Translations under genes and position numbers: made by a program | In this document: positions 49,563 to 62,636 of the stretch, piece after piece | Position numbering within the stretch: position 1 is the first letter of the stretch | Layout of the letters: each line of letters starts with the position of its first letter | Assembly: GCA_052327205.1 (NCBI GenBank) | Contig: CM126226.1 | Span: forward strand, 48,360,001-48,424,000 | DNA length: 64,000 nucleotides | Direction: 5' to 3' | Origin: Somniosus microcephalus | Taxonomy: Eukaryota | Notes under the pieces: generated by a model | What the model saw: only the letters and a program-made list of their open reading frames with translations | Told to the model about the DNA's origin: nothing | Databases searched by the model: none

Positions 49563-50133
49563 TGTAGTAAACAAACATCCCTGCCCAAGCTCAGTCAATG
49601 ATCCTATCTCATCTTCTGGCCAGTCTAGTTTAATCAATACTGCTCAACATTATGCTGCAACCTGGGACAATTCATTTTCAGCAGTATAGAACAGGGATTT
49701 CTATCTACAGTGAATTGAAAGCCTTCATTCAAACAGCACTTGTATATTACAAAAGCAACAGAAGTTCAAGCAACCTCTGGCAGATTAGGTAATAAATTCT
49801 GAACATTCAGCGATCCATTTTACTCAACTATTGTTTATTTAAAATATAGTTGGTGCGGCCAAGGGCAGAAAACAACCCCCTACCTATATTGTTCATGTTT
49901 AGCACTGATGCAAATTTCAACTTAAAAAAAAAATTAGATGGCAGTATGTAGAAAACTCCAAACATTTCTTTACTAATTTGTCTATTCAAAAAGTAGCAAA
50001 CGGGCTCCAGACAGATGTAGATTTTTTTAATGTTTCCAATTTTCACCTGTTTCCTCTCCTGAAAGCACTTGCTCCGCTGGGATATAAATGCATGGCACTG
50101 GTAGCCTTCTAGTACCTCAGCCATGTAACCATT

Positions 50134-50560
50134 CTTCATAGGCATTGGAATTCAGAAGAATGAGAGGCGATCTTATCGAAACATATAAGATTGTGAGGGG
50201 GCTTGATCGGGTGGATGCAGTGAGGATGTTTCCACTGATGGGGGAGACTAGAACTAGGGGGCATAATCTTAGAATAAGGGGCTGCCCTTTCAAAACTGAG
50301 ATGAGGAGAAACTTCTTCACTCAGAGGGTAGTAAATCTATGGAATTTGCTACCCCAGAGAGCTGTGGAAGCTGCGACATTAAATAAATTTAAAACGGAGA
50401 TAGACAGTTTCCTAGCAGATAAGGGAATTAGGGGTTACGGGGAGAGGGCAGGGAAGTGGGCGTGAGTCTAGGTTCGGATCAGCCATGATCCTACTGAATG
50501 GCGGAGCAGGCCCGAGGGGCCGTATGGCCTACTCCTGCTCCTACTTCTTATGTTCTTATG
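50134..50560 (+). mobile_element. CR1 3' fragment
   Basis: ORF 50145-50465 EFRRMRGDLIETYKIVRGLDRVD..FFTQRVVNLWN; tail ttcttatgttcttatg. Confidence 0.92.
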
Positions 50561-50637
50561 TGTGTGTCAACCAGTTATTCAACTGTGGAGGGCATCATAG
50601 CCAAGCCAGATGTAGATTTATTTTACCCTGTTCAGTG

Positions 50638-50832
50638 CAAACAACTTGCATTTACATAGCGCCTTTAATTAGTAAAACATCCCAAAGCGATTCACAGGAG
50701 CATTTTCAGACAAAATTTGACACCAAACCACGAGGAGACATTAGGGACGGGTGACTAAAAGCTTGGTCAATTTTAGTAGGTAGATTTTAAGGAGCATCTT
50801 AAAGAAGGAGAGGCAGAGACGTTTTGGGAGAG
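50638..50832 (-). mobile_element. L2 3' fragment
   Basis: acaacttgcatttacatagcgccttt...; matches 12880-13080. Confidence 0.8.
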
Positions 50833-53800
50833 AATAGTCTACATTATTAGACATTTTCTAACTCATTTCTATTTCACAGTGGCTTATCCGATGTCAGCCA
50901 ACACAACATCACTTTACTAGCTTGAAACACCAAAATCCCATTTCCCTGCCCGAAAAAAACACATCATAATGGACAGGGCAAAAAATTGCCATCTCTTCTT
51001 GTACAATTCAGGTTTAATTGCAGCACTTTTTTTTTAAGAAAGGGGATAGTGTCTAAACTTACTTTCAGTTTGGTTTACCTTTAGCATGTGTAGAAGTGTG
51101 CAGGTGATGTAATAAGAATGTGATGAAATTTCAGACACCTCAGTAAAACTCTTTCTATTCTGACTTTTACTGAATTAAAACAAAGTTTAAAAAGAGAAAA
51201 TAAAGTCACCTGGCTGCTTTTGCATACCGCTTCATTTGCAAATCATTTGCTCAACCTCCCAGCCACGGCTGGAGAAAAGGTTTATACAAAAAATATCCCT
51301 TCACTGAAAATATATAAAGTAACAAACAAACATGTCCAAACTTTACACGGCAGGATGATAAACCTGCATAGTTTTCTTCTGCTTTTTCCAATTGTACCTT
51401 ATGAATAAAAATTACTTTTGCAATAAGAAAATCCTTTCATATACATCAATAGTTTTGAACATGTTGCAGTCTGTTGCTTTGTATTTGCATATTTCTCATC
51501 AACCCAACTAATTTGCATTTAGACAATAGAAATTCCTTACTTATAGAGATGTCAAAAGTAAACATGGGTTTCAGTGACTTGCTCCATTAATTACAGAACA
51601 CTCTTTACCTGGACACCATGCAATTAAAGTAGAAATCATCATGGCTGGGCATAGAACAGGACTTGTTCAATATCTCCACTGAAAATCTTTCACAATTTTG
51701 AAGGCTTGACAATGTAACTGACAACAGAATGAGTGGAAATACATCATAAAGCTTTAAAACTTCAGGATTTCAGTTAACATAGACTGACACGGTCATATTC
51801 TTGCAGTATATAAATGGTCTAATCGAGTTACAACTTTTAAATATGCTCCTCCCAATCATAGTTTGTAAAACAATATGTTACCTTTTTGAAGCTTTCCTCT
51901 GGAGTTTCACCAGAGTTTGTGTCTTCAATTGCCACTGTTAACTATCACTGTCGCTTTGTGAGGTTTTCAATGTGACTCCCAGACATGTGACAGGAAGTTT
52001 GTATGTGTTACAGTATTATGCCTCCAACCCAGAGGTACAATTTGATCAGCTGATCAGAACCAAGGGTTTTATTGAGTAGAGAAGTCATTTAAATTTCAAA
52101 CCAGCATCCCTAAAACATGCACATGTTCACTGGTCTAATTTTTATATTAATGAATCATGTTTCAATAATATATTTAATACTGGCAGTTCAGAGAATAGAC
52201 CTAATTCTTAATCGTACAAAAGGGAAACCTTGCTTTGAAGAAGCTTCACCTCATCAAATTCATGGCAGATTATATGTGAAAACCCTGAATGGGAGCACTA
52301 AATCATATTAATATATAATTAGAAGCAGCAAAATCAAGGTGTGTTTTTCTTATCTTAAGTAAATATATAATTACTTTGCACAAAAAGGCACACTGCTCAT
52401 TGGGAACAATCATGTTAAAATAAACAAAATTACTGTACAACCTAGTTTCAGAAAGTCCTGCACCACGAGTGCACTTCACAGAACTCAATAGCTTTTAAAG
52501 AACCACATGTTTTCAATCATATATTCCTTAGAGATCAGAGATGCTTTCCAGTATATTTGCCGTTTATGCTTCGTAAGTGCACATTATCATTAACAGCAGT
52601 CATAAATCAGATAGCTGCAAGAAACAATATATATTTAACTAATCAAAATGTACCATTTTCTTCAAGTGATTCAAAAATCTTGTCCATATGCAAAACTAGA
52701 AGGAAGAAATGTACTCTATTTTTCAGCAACAAACCTACTGCATGAAGTGAATTTTATGAGAACTAATAAAGACATCTGGCAACTAGCAGTTTATTATTGT
52801 GCATTTTGTTTGGGGGGGGGGGGTGGTGTGGGGTGCAAGCATTCATTGCAAGATGTCCAGGGAGTCTAGCAGTTGTATAAAAACAGCTTCCACCTACAGG
52901 TTGCACAGTAACTGTCAAATACACAAATCCAAAATTTAGACACAACACAATGTGTGGGCACCAAGTTCTTGCAGAAGAAAATCCTTTTTATTTTGTGGCT
53001 GGAGATGGAATTTAAGGGAGTCCTTTAAAAGCATTTTTGCTTTCAGCCAAAGCTTCATAATTTCAGTTTTAACAGCAGTTCAATAACAAATCTATATTTA
53101 GCGTGTCTGAAAATTACATGCACAAAAAAAAAACTATATTGCTTCCAGTGATTGAGATTCAAGTCAATGCTTTTTTTATATCTGTTTTCAGTACATCAGA
53201 TGAAACTAATGCAGTCTAAGAGAATGCTGTCTACATATCCGAGTTACTAAATGGCAGTCAATGCAGAGGATTCCCTACTGAAAGAATTATTACAAAAAAT
53301 TGAAGGCACAACTTTTTAATCGAAAACTTGAACCAGTTCATATGCATTACTAACAATGGAGGGAAGCCATAACAATATTTGTTCACCAAATGATTTACAG
53401 TAATCTCCTTTTCATTTAATATTTAGAAGCAGATGTGCGGAGTATAATCAACACCACATGAGCCTGAAAACCCATCTATATTTAAACCCGTGGCAGTAAC
53501 CCCCACCCTGCCTCCAATTATTTTGCTTCTGTGACAGACATTTGTACCAAACAATTACACTCCTTGCTTTTGAACCTGAAATGTAACTTATTATTTTAAT
53601 TGTTGAAATATTGTTGCTTTTAACCCTCGGGGAGCTTCGTCTCAGTAAATCCTCTCATTTCCCCACAAAAATCAATGCAGACTATGGAATGGAGAGCAGT
53701 GCGGTTAGTGATTTGCAAAACTCCACTGTGACACAATGTTAAAACATCTGTAGCAATGCATGTGATACAAATTCAGTTCAGAGCTTCAGTGCCTTGCAGG

Positions 53801-53941
53801 CTGATTTACTACACACAAAAATCTTCAAAAATATGTATAGCAATTTCTATCAAATCATAACTTTTAAAAATAATCTCTGTCCCTGACTCAGACCAAAACC
53901 TGGTTGATTGGCTATGATAAAAAAAAAAAAAAAATTAAAAA

Positions 53942-54108
53942 AAAATTGACCCTTAGTGTTAGGGGGATTAAATACGTGGGGTTACGGGGATAGGGTGGGA
54001 TGTGTGTTGGTGTAGGGGTTACGGGGATCGGGTGGGATATGTGTCGGTGCAGGCTCGATAGGCCGAAATGGCCTCTATCTGCACTGTGGGGTTTCTGTGA
54101 TTTCTGTG
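53942..54108 (+). mobile_element. 5'-truncated HE1-type SINE
   Basis: Near-identical reverse complement of 47165-47330, including the internal duplication. Confidence 0.88.
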
Positions 54109-57006
54109 AAAACCAATATTGGACACAAGTAGGAGGAGACTGCTGACAGTTCACTATTCAAGCTGTGCAAACACACACAGCAGTTAATGTTACAGACACT
54201 TGTGTGCAATCTCTGCCAAACAGATAAAAAAATGACCTTTTAATCACTCAATTTTAAAACTTTACCCAAAAGGTACTCATTAGGACTAAGTGCCTGCAAT
54301 GCAAAACAGATTTTAATGGAAAGCTTTTTCCCTCCAGTTCTCCAAACACACAGCATGCAACCAACTCAATTAGTTAAAAGCAGAACTGAGTATTTTAAAT
54401 ATTGAAAATAGTTAAACCGTGGCTATACAACTTAAAGTAAATTGTACAGGATTTTAAGCCAATTGCTGTTGTCTATTCAAATGAGAGACTTTCCCAGGGT
54501 CAGTTTTCCTCTTGGATTTATAGGAGACTTACACAAATAACACCAAAGGATAAACATTTATGGCCACTTAGCTTTTCACGGTAACACTACTCACCAAAAC
54601 ATTAGCAAACCTCACAACAGATGTGTGCGCATGTGTATATAAGCAAGCAAGACACTACAATTAGTACAATGTTACGATGTTAAAATTAATAACCGTCAAT
54701 CCAGTGGACCCCGTTTAAAATGAATTTAAATTCTGTCAGAACAGTCTAAATGGGGTGGTACAGAGCATTAGACCACTATGCTTAGTGCCATGGACTTATG
54801 ACAAATGTGGATTCTATCACTGATCAGCTCAGTCACACTTTACAGTTCATACGGCCTCATAGTGGCTGGCTACAGGGGGCATTGGCAGCAGTACTGGATC
54901 CGACTAGCCAACCAGCCTCCCAGAACAGATGGTCCATGTTGATAGTGGTTCCACTTCCTAATCCACAGAAATGGACAGAGACCAGGAAGCAATAGTCGCT
55001 TGATTTGCTCCTGTTTACTACACTGGAGATTACACTGGATATTCAAATGTGAATTTCAGAGACATCCCATCCAGACTGTTTTATACAGACACATACATCT
55101 AGCCCTGCTCATGTTGCACTCCTTCCCCTCTCAATGTTGCTACTCTCCTTCCCAAGGCTAATGCTTCGTTACCCACTGTTCTCTTCCATTACAGATAGGA
55201 CTTCTTTTAAATAAAACTGCAACATGGCATCTGCTGCCTACACATTAACTATTTTTGTACTTCTGCAAAAATGCATTTAAATTGACCAGCAGTAGATACT
55301 CGCCACCATAAACTCAATTTGCTGCAGCTCTCACGGGAGCAATGCCAAAAAAGAAATCATGAAGTCAACAATGCACAGCTAGTTAGTGAAATTAATCTTT
55401 ATGCTGGTGGACAAGTTATCCATTTAGAAATTCTTTTGGGAAGTTGATTTGAACTCCTCAACCTTATGACAAGCTTCAAAAAGGCACTTTTCCTCCTCCC
55501 AACATTTTGGTCATCACAACATACTCAGAATAGAATCAATTTATTTTCAATTATGTTATGGTCTGGGAGTGTGAAAGTGCCTAATTTGTTTAATATGTCA
55601 AATTGGCACAAGCACTCCGAGTAACAATTCCTTATCTGCTCTTAAGTCGTTGCCTTTTTGTTCATGTGTAATCCGAAATGATACTGGCCACCTCTAATTG
55701 GAGTTTTAATTCTTCACAGCTCCTTTTATTGTTTAAGGGGGAATGTCAAAATGGGTTATATCATCATTGAAAGGGTAGAAACAAGCAAACCATTAAAAAA
55801 AAGTAAAACTCAGTCTTACAGGCAGCGTCTTTAAAAGTGACAGACTACCGAGGTAAGCTGTTAACTAATTCAGGACTAATGAAACAACCACAGGTGTAAT
55901 GCATTGTAAACTAACTCAAACAAGAATGCGATCAACTGATAACAGTGTGTGTTAAAAATACAAATCTGTAAATACGCACAATGGGTAGTGTTCACACCAA
56001 GCATTCTAATTTTCAGTATTAATCCAAAACCATCAGTTAAATGAAAGTCAGGGTTTTGAAAGTCAATAAATGTGAAATACTTTTCTCTTTAAAAAGGCAT
56101 CATCAAAATTTGCCGAGATCAAAATTTAAACCAGGGATTTGTTCTGATTTATTATCATGCCCTACTTTGTTTTATAGTGTAAACGAGGGATATTATTGCT
56201 TCTAATTACATTTCACAGAATAGCAGCATATAAAGTCAAACAGAAATCCAAACTCTTCTTAGTAAAATGCTGCCTTTTTAAAAACACAACTCCAACCTGA
56301 AGATCATCACCGTCTATTCATATAAGAAACTGGGGCTAGGATTAACAGTCCTGTACAAAGGGTGCAGCTTCTGAAGGGGAAAAACAGGAAATCAGCCCTA
56401 ATGTTACTGGCATTTTTCATAACACGCCTCAAAAGGCCAATAATTACTGAAAACCAATCAATTCAATTGATACACCAAAGTATACACGGCACCTTAAATT
56501 TGCATTGTATTGCTGGCAAATTAATCAAAGCTAAAAACACACTTCTGAAACATATTAAAGTCAGACTAATGCTTTGATATGAAAATCATGTAGGATTGTT
56601 GAGAAAGGTCAAGCCTTTCAATTACTGATGCAAGCTGCACATACTCTTTCCATTCATAATTTATTATAAAAGGAGAGCCTGCGCCAGCTTCTGGACTGAG
56701 AACCTTTGCCAGATTCCACACAAGAGCTTTCAAACATTCCGTGGGTCCACTCTCAGCCTAGTCTACGGTTTCAAGCAATTTGTTCCAACTTTAGATAACC
56801 ACAACTGGTGCTTTATTTTAATTTTTTACAAATATTTCCAACAACACTGACAGAGACCTGTTTTGTGCACGACTTGAGCAACCCAATACCCTTTCTGCAT
56901 CCACAGCTGCAATTCTACCTAAATTAAAATGGATCCATCTGCAACAGTGGCATCCCCTTTAGACGTACTCTGTTTTTTGTTCTGTTCTTCCATTGAGCAT
57001 ACTCAG

Positions 57007-57912
57007 TCATAGAGTCATAGAGTTTTACAGCACAGAAAGAGGCCCTTCGGCCCATCGTGTCTGCGCCGCCCATCCATCCCTGTCCAGTCTAATCCCATTT
57101 TCCAGCATTTGGTCCATAGCCTTGTATGCAATGGCATTTCAAGTGCTCATCCAAATGCTTCTTGAATGTTGTGAGGGTTCCTGCCTCTACCACCCTTTTA
57201 GGCATTGAGTTCCACATTCCAACCACCCTCTGGGTGAAAAAGTTCCTCCTCAAATCCCCTCTAAATCTCCTGCCCCTTACCCTGAATCTATGCCCCCTTG
57301 TTATTGACCCCCCCCACTAAGGGGAAAAGTTCCTCTTTATCTACCCTATCTATGCCCCTCATTATTTTGTACACCTCAATCAGGTCCCCCCTCAGCCTTC
57401 TCTGCTCCAAGGAAAACAACTCCAGCCTGTCCAGCCTCTCTTCATAGCTGAGGCGCTCCATCCCAGGTAACATCCTGGTGAATCTTCTCTGCACCCTCTC
57501 CAAAGCAATCACATCCTTCCTATAGTGAGGCGACCAGAACTGCACACAGTACTCCAGCTGTGGCCTCACCAGCGTTTTGTACAGCTCCATCATAACCTCC
57601 CTGCTCTTATATTCTATGCCTCGGCTAATGAAGGCAAGTATCCCATATGCCTTTTTAACCACCTTATCTACCTGCTCCGCTGCCTTCAGGGATCTATGTA
57701 CATGTACACCAAGGTCCCTCTGACCCTCTGTACTTCCTAGGGTCCTACCACTCATTGTGTATTCCCTTGCCTTATTTGTCCGTCCAAAATGCATCACCTC
57801 GCACTTTTCAGGGTTAAATTCCATTTGCCACTTTTCCGCCCATCTGACCAACCCGTTTATATCGTCCTGTAGCCGGAGGCTTTCCTCCTCGCAATTTACC
57901 ACCCCACCAATA
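57007..57912 (-). mobile_element. CR1 LINE 3' fragment with a long open ORF2 C-terminus
   Basis: ORF 57288-58019 LQDDINGLVRWAEKWQMEFNPEKCEVMHFG..RDLGVHV..LEYCVQFWSPHY; tail (ctctatga)2. Confidence 0.93.
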
Positions 57913-58959
57913 CACTGCTCCAACATTTTAAACATTACCATCATGGTTACTGAAGATTTTAGATGATCCTCTCTTGGCACTAGTATTTGGCAGAATGGAT
58001 TTTTACCACTCAAAATCATTTAAGTCATAAAATATCCATTTAGAAGAGTTTGAGGTATAAAATACATTACCAAAGAATATATGCTCTAAATTTATTATCT
58101 AACTATGCTTTACAGAGGATTACATATAGTCTGGAGTGTGTTAGATAGGGTTTAAATGGCATGACAATCTTGAAGTGTTCACAGAGAGAGAAAAGAAAGA
58201 TTTTTGTCACTGCCAAACTACCTACTCCTGCAGCTACACAAAGAAAGCAATTTACTAGAAAGAAAGCAAGAAAGACCAAAAGAAAGAAATTTACTAGAAA
58301 TTCAGGAAAAAAATTCAAGAATACAAAAGACGTGCATTTATATAGCGCCTTTCATGGCCTCAGGACCTCCCAAAGGACTTTACAGCCAATTGAGTAAATT
58401 TACTCTTAATAGAAGTTAGCATCTTTTCACCCTTCCTCAAGGTGACACTGAAGGAAGCTCCACGGCCAGCAGAGCTCCAGCATCTCATCCAAGTGACCAA
58501 TCTTAACATGAGCATCACTGAGCAGTTTGAAAGATACTGCAACTACACCGGATCCTATCCTCACTTGACCTCCACTTTCTAGCAAGGGTTACTGGCTAGG
58601 GATCAGGGGTGAGAATCCTGGCTGAACGTTCCCTGTTTTTGCCCACTTGTAACTTATCATTGGAAACTCACGGAGATTAAACGTCAGCTTTGCTCCTTCG
58701 GATGTTGACCTTTCAAAAAAGTGGGCTGCAGTTCATTTTTGACATCTATTGCGGCAAACAGTCAAATTGGGCACTTATTTGCTTTGCGTATATCACACAC
58801 ATCAAGTAAGTTTGCAACCATTTTCTTAAACTACACAAGATTACAGTGCAATTCAGCGGACTGCACTTTCCTTTTATTCGGATATACAGCCAACGTTTTA
58901 AACACAAGTGTCACAATCAGCATTGGGAAAATTTAAAACTTATAAATTATAACATTTTC

Positions 58960-59372
58960 ATTTATATAGGGCATTATCATGTCAAAACAGCATAAAGCAC
59001 TTCAGACAATTAATTACTTTTCGACAGCACAAATCAGCTGTTCTGCACAAGGAACATCCCACAAACAACAATGACCAGCTAATCTCTTTTTTTGTGTGGT
59101 ATCAATTGAAGGAAGAATGTTGGTCAGGACACAAAGACAACTCCCATATCTCCTTAAAAAGTGCCATGAGGTCTTTTAGCTTCCAACTGAACCTGGATAG
59201 GACCTTGATTTAAGATCTTTTATCCAAAGGCACCTTCAACAGTGCAGCATTCCTTCAGTGCTGTAGCACTGGAACACCAGCCTAGATAGTGAGCTCAAGT
59301 CCTGGTTTTGGACTCAAACTCAAAAACCCTCTGACTCAGAGGTGAAAGGACTCCCAACTGAGCCAAGATGAC
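58960..59372 (-). mobile_element. Highly degraded Deu-SINE
   Basis: Patchy match to the reverse complement of the 16147 SINE (ctctgactcagagg...ccaactgagcca). Confidence 0.55.
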
Positions 59373-59379
59373 ATTATTA

Positions 59380-59445
59380 CAAAGGCATAATACTGTGGAT
59401 GCTGGAAATCTGAAATATAAACAGAAAATGCTGGAAATACTCATT
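59380..59445 (-). mobile_element. Penelope-like terminal fragment
   Basis: aatactgtggatgctggaaatctgaaatataaacagaaaatgctggaaatactca. Confidence 0.65.
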
Positions 59446-61604
59446 AGGCTTGCAAACATAAATTATTGGAATAAAATTCTGTAAGTCTCCGAAAGTACTC
59501 ATGAACCTATTGCATTAACCAGCATGGGGTGTCCATCTTTTCACACTTACTGGTATAATTTGCATTAATGTGATAGTTAAACATGAGAACAGCTCATTGA
59601 GACAGTAATTGAGACCATGAGAATTTTCAGGCACAGCAATCTAGGTAGCATTACATTCCAGTTAGATAAAGAGACCAGCACTGCAGCTACATGAATACCT
59701 TAACACACAGCATATTTCCTTTGTGCCATATCTGACACTAGTCGTTAAAACAGCTTGGCTATTTATGCAAATATAGCCCAGTATCCTTGTGATCAACCCT
59801 TTACATGGAGTTATGTCTTAAATATAACCACAGCAGAACTCTTGAACTCAAAGAAATGTGCAAGTGGTCTAATTTTACATTTCTTCTCTCAAAAATGTAT
59901 TAGTTGCAATAGAATCACAAAATAAGCACATTATATAACTCTCCATTAACTAAATTCCACTTCACCAAAAAAGTGTAATTTAGTGGATTTTTAAGAAAAA
60001 GCAGCTCCAGTAAGCTGATACTGAACATTAAAAAAGGTTAAAACTTCTCCTAACCTGGTGACATCCAACCCAAGCATTCCCATTACAAATAAATACAGCA
60101 CACTGGTTTTGTATATTTAGCGATTTATAATTTAATACTGAAATTATGAAACGTACCAGATAAAAAAGCCAACACTCAGGAATTATCCTTTGTTAAGCTC
60201 CAGACAAACATCAGCTTATTAATTTTCATTGCTGAGGTGTACTATTCAACATAAACCATGCAATCTTGTTTGCACATACAAGATATAGATCGGTCCTGAT
60301 AATACCTACTGTATACCTAAATGGCCTGGGCTCAGGCCAATCTGTTAGAAAACAGGATAGCTGCTGGATATCAGAAGAAAATAATGAGGTTCGCTGGAAT
60401 ACTGTGAGCGCTAATGAGAATCAACACAATCACTACTGACAAGATAAATCATGCAGAAAATGCACATATCTCAGAAAAATAATAAACTTGATTTGAAGCA
60501 TGATCAACCATAAACTGGCAGTCAACAAGGATATCCTGTTAGGACTACATATACATCAGGCATGGTGCACTTCCAGTATGAAAACTGCAGAACAAATTTA
60601 ACTCCTTTGTAGATTAATGCAACTTACCCCTTCAGTTAAAATGTCATAATAGTGATAGGCATTCCACTCCTACACCATTATAATCAGCCTGCCACCAACT
60701 CTATTTCCCTCGTCGTATCATCTTTCTAAACCCCTAGAGTCCCCACTGTTTTTTTTTTTTTAAAACCCTCGTCTTCTACCAATTATTTAAAAATATCTCA
60801 AGCTTACAATTAAATGCTGAAACTACATTCTCATAACACGAATCACATTGGGAACCTCACCCAAGTGGCCATTATTCACGTTAGCCTTGAACGTTTTACA
60901 GGATATCCGACTGCAGAGGACATCACTCCTAATCTTAATTCCATCCTCATGTCCCTCATCTTCCAGCAGGGATCACTGGATAATGACCAAGTATGAGACC
61001 TCATTGAGTTTCTCCTCCCGAAACCAGAGGTGATGAGACAAATGTGAACGCCCTACTGATGTCCCAGCTGTGTAGTTAACTCCGAGACTGGGGTTTAAAC
61101 CTGGCTCTTTCTGGTGTGTATAGCTCAGCTACTCACTGGATAAGCCCACTGAATAACCAGGGGAGCCTTAGGTCCGTTAATATATATACACATCATTAAT
61201 TTATTACCTAAAAGAGTCAATAACTGATAACTGACTTGCTGATGAGCTCTATAACACCATCAACTCTTAAAAGATCATTAGCATGGCATGTATTTATACA
61301 GAAATAATGTACTCTTCAGGTACCAAAGAGTAGAACATTTTAAATCAGTTTAAAACTATTGTCAGAAGCTTGAAACTAAATTGACAATTCAGCCTTCCCC
61401 AACAGAAAAGCAAGAGCAATTCAAAGTTCAGCGCCGTGTTTAAAATGGTCATATCTCGCCCTGTATAAATAAAATGCACCCAGTGATCCAATGATGGAGA
61501 TAGTCAGTACTCATGGTTTGTGGCCTCAAAACTTAAACCCCAATGAGCTTCCAAACATGCATAAACAATTCTCTTGGTAAACAGCTGATTAAGGCAATAA
61601 GTAT

Positions 61605-62636
61605 ACCTAACTTGCTTCAACATAGAAAGCAGAGAGATGGGGTAAAGGGTAGCTATTCACAGTGGCAGTAGGTGGGTAGTGGTGCTCCACAATGATCAGT
61701 GCGGCGACCATTGTAATTCACAATTTATATTAACAATTTAGACTGTGGAATCAAAAACACAATTTCTAAATTTGTAGATGACATCAAATTGGGGGAGGAC
61801 AGTCAATACTGAGGAGGACTGCAACAAATTACAGGAGGAGAATAATAAACTTGCAGAATGGGCATATCATTGGCAAATGAATTTCAATACAGATAAATGT
61901 GAGGTATTACATTTTGGTAGGAAGAATAAGGAGGTCACTTATTCAAAAAGAAAATACTGCAGATGCTGGAAATCTGAAATAAAAACAGAAAATGCTGGAA
62001 ATACTCAGCAGGTCAAGCAGCATCTGTGAACAGAGAAAAAGAGTTAACGTTTCAGGTCGATGACCTTTCGTCACTTATTACTTGGAGTACTGCATACAAT
62101 TCTGGTCACCATATTATAAAAAGGATATAGAGGCACTGGAGAGGGTGCAGAGAAGATTTACAAGGATGATACCAGAAATGCGAGGATATACATATCAGGA
62201 AAGGATGAACAGGCTGGGTCTCTTCTCTTGAAAAAAGGCTGAGGGGTGACCTAATAGAGGTCTTTAAAATTATGAAAGGTTTTGATAGAGTGGATACAGA
62301 GAGAATGTTTCCAATTGTGGGGAGGCGCATAACTAGAGGCCATCAATATAAGATAGTCACCAAGAAATCCAATAGGGAATTCAGAAGAAACTTCTTTACC
62401 CAGAGAGTGGTGAGAATGTGGAACTCGCTACCACAGGGAGTGGTTGAAGCGAATAGTATAGATGCATTTAAGGGGAGGCTAGACAAATATATGAGGGAGA
62501 AGGGAATAGAGGGTTATGCTGATAGATTTAGATGAGGAAAGACGGGAGGAGGCGCGAGTGGAGCATAAACACCGGCATGGACTGGTTGGGCCGAATGGCC
62601 TGTTTCTGTGCCGTATATCCTATGAAATCCTATGTA
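61605..62636 (+). mobile_element. CR1 LINE with an internal deletion and a nested Penelope-like fragment
   Basis: Colinear with 41725-42817; ORFs 61778 and 62272 carry CR1 motifs. Confidence 0.9.
61944..62073 (-). mobile_element. Penelope-like terminus with the best-preserved hammerhead core in the window
   Basis: Minus strand: TGACGA-a-aggtc(atc)gacct-GAAAC-gttaact; gtcacttatt duplicated at 61934-61943 and 62070-62079. Confidence 0.75.
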
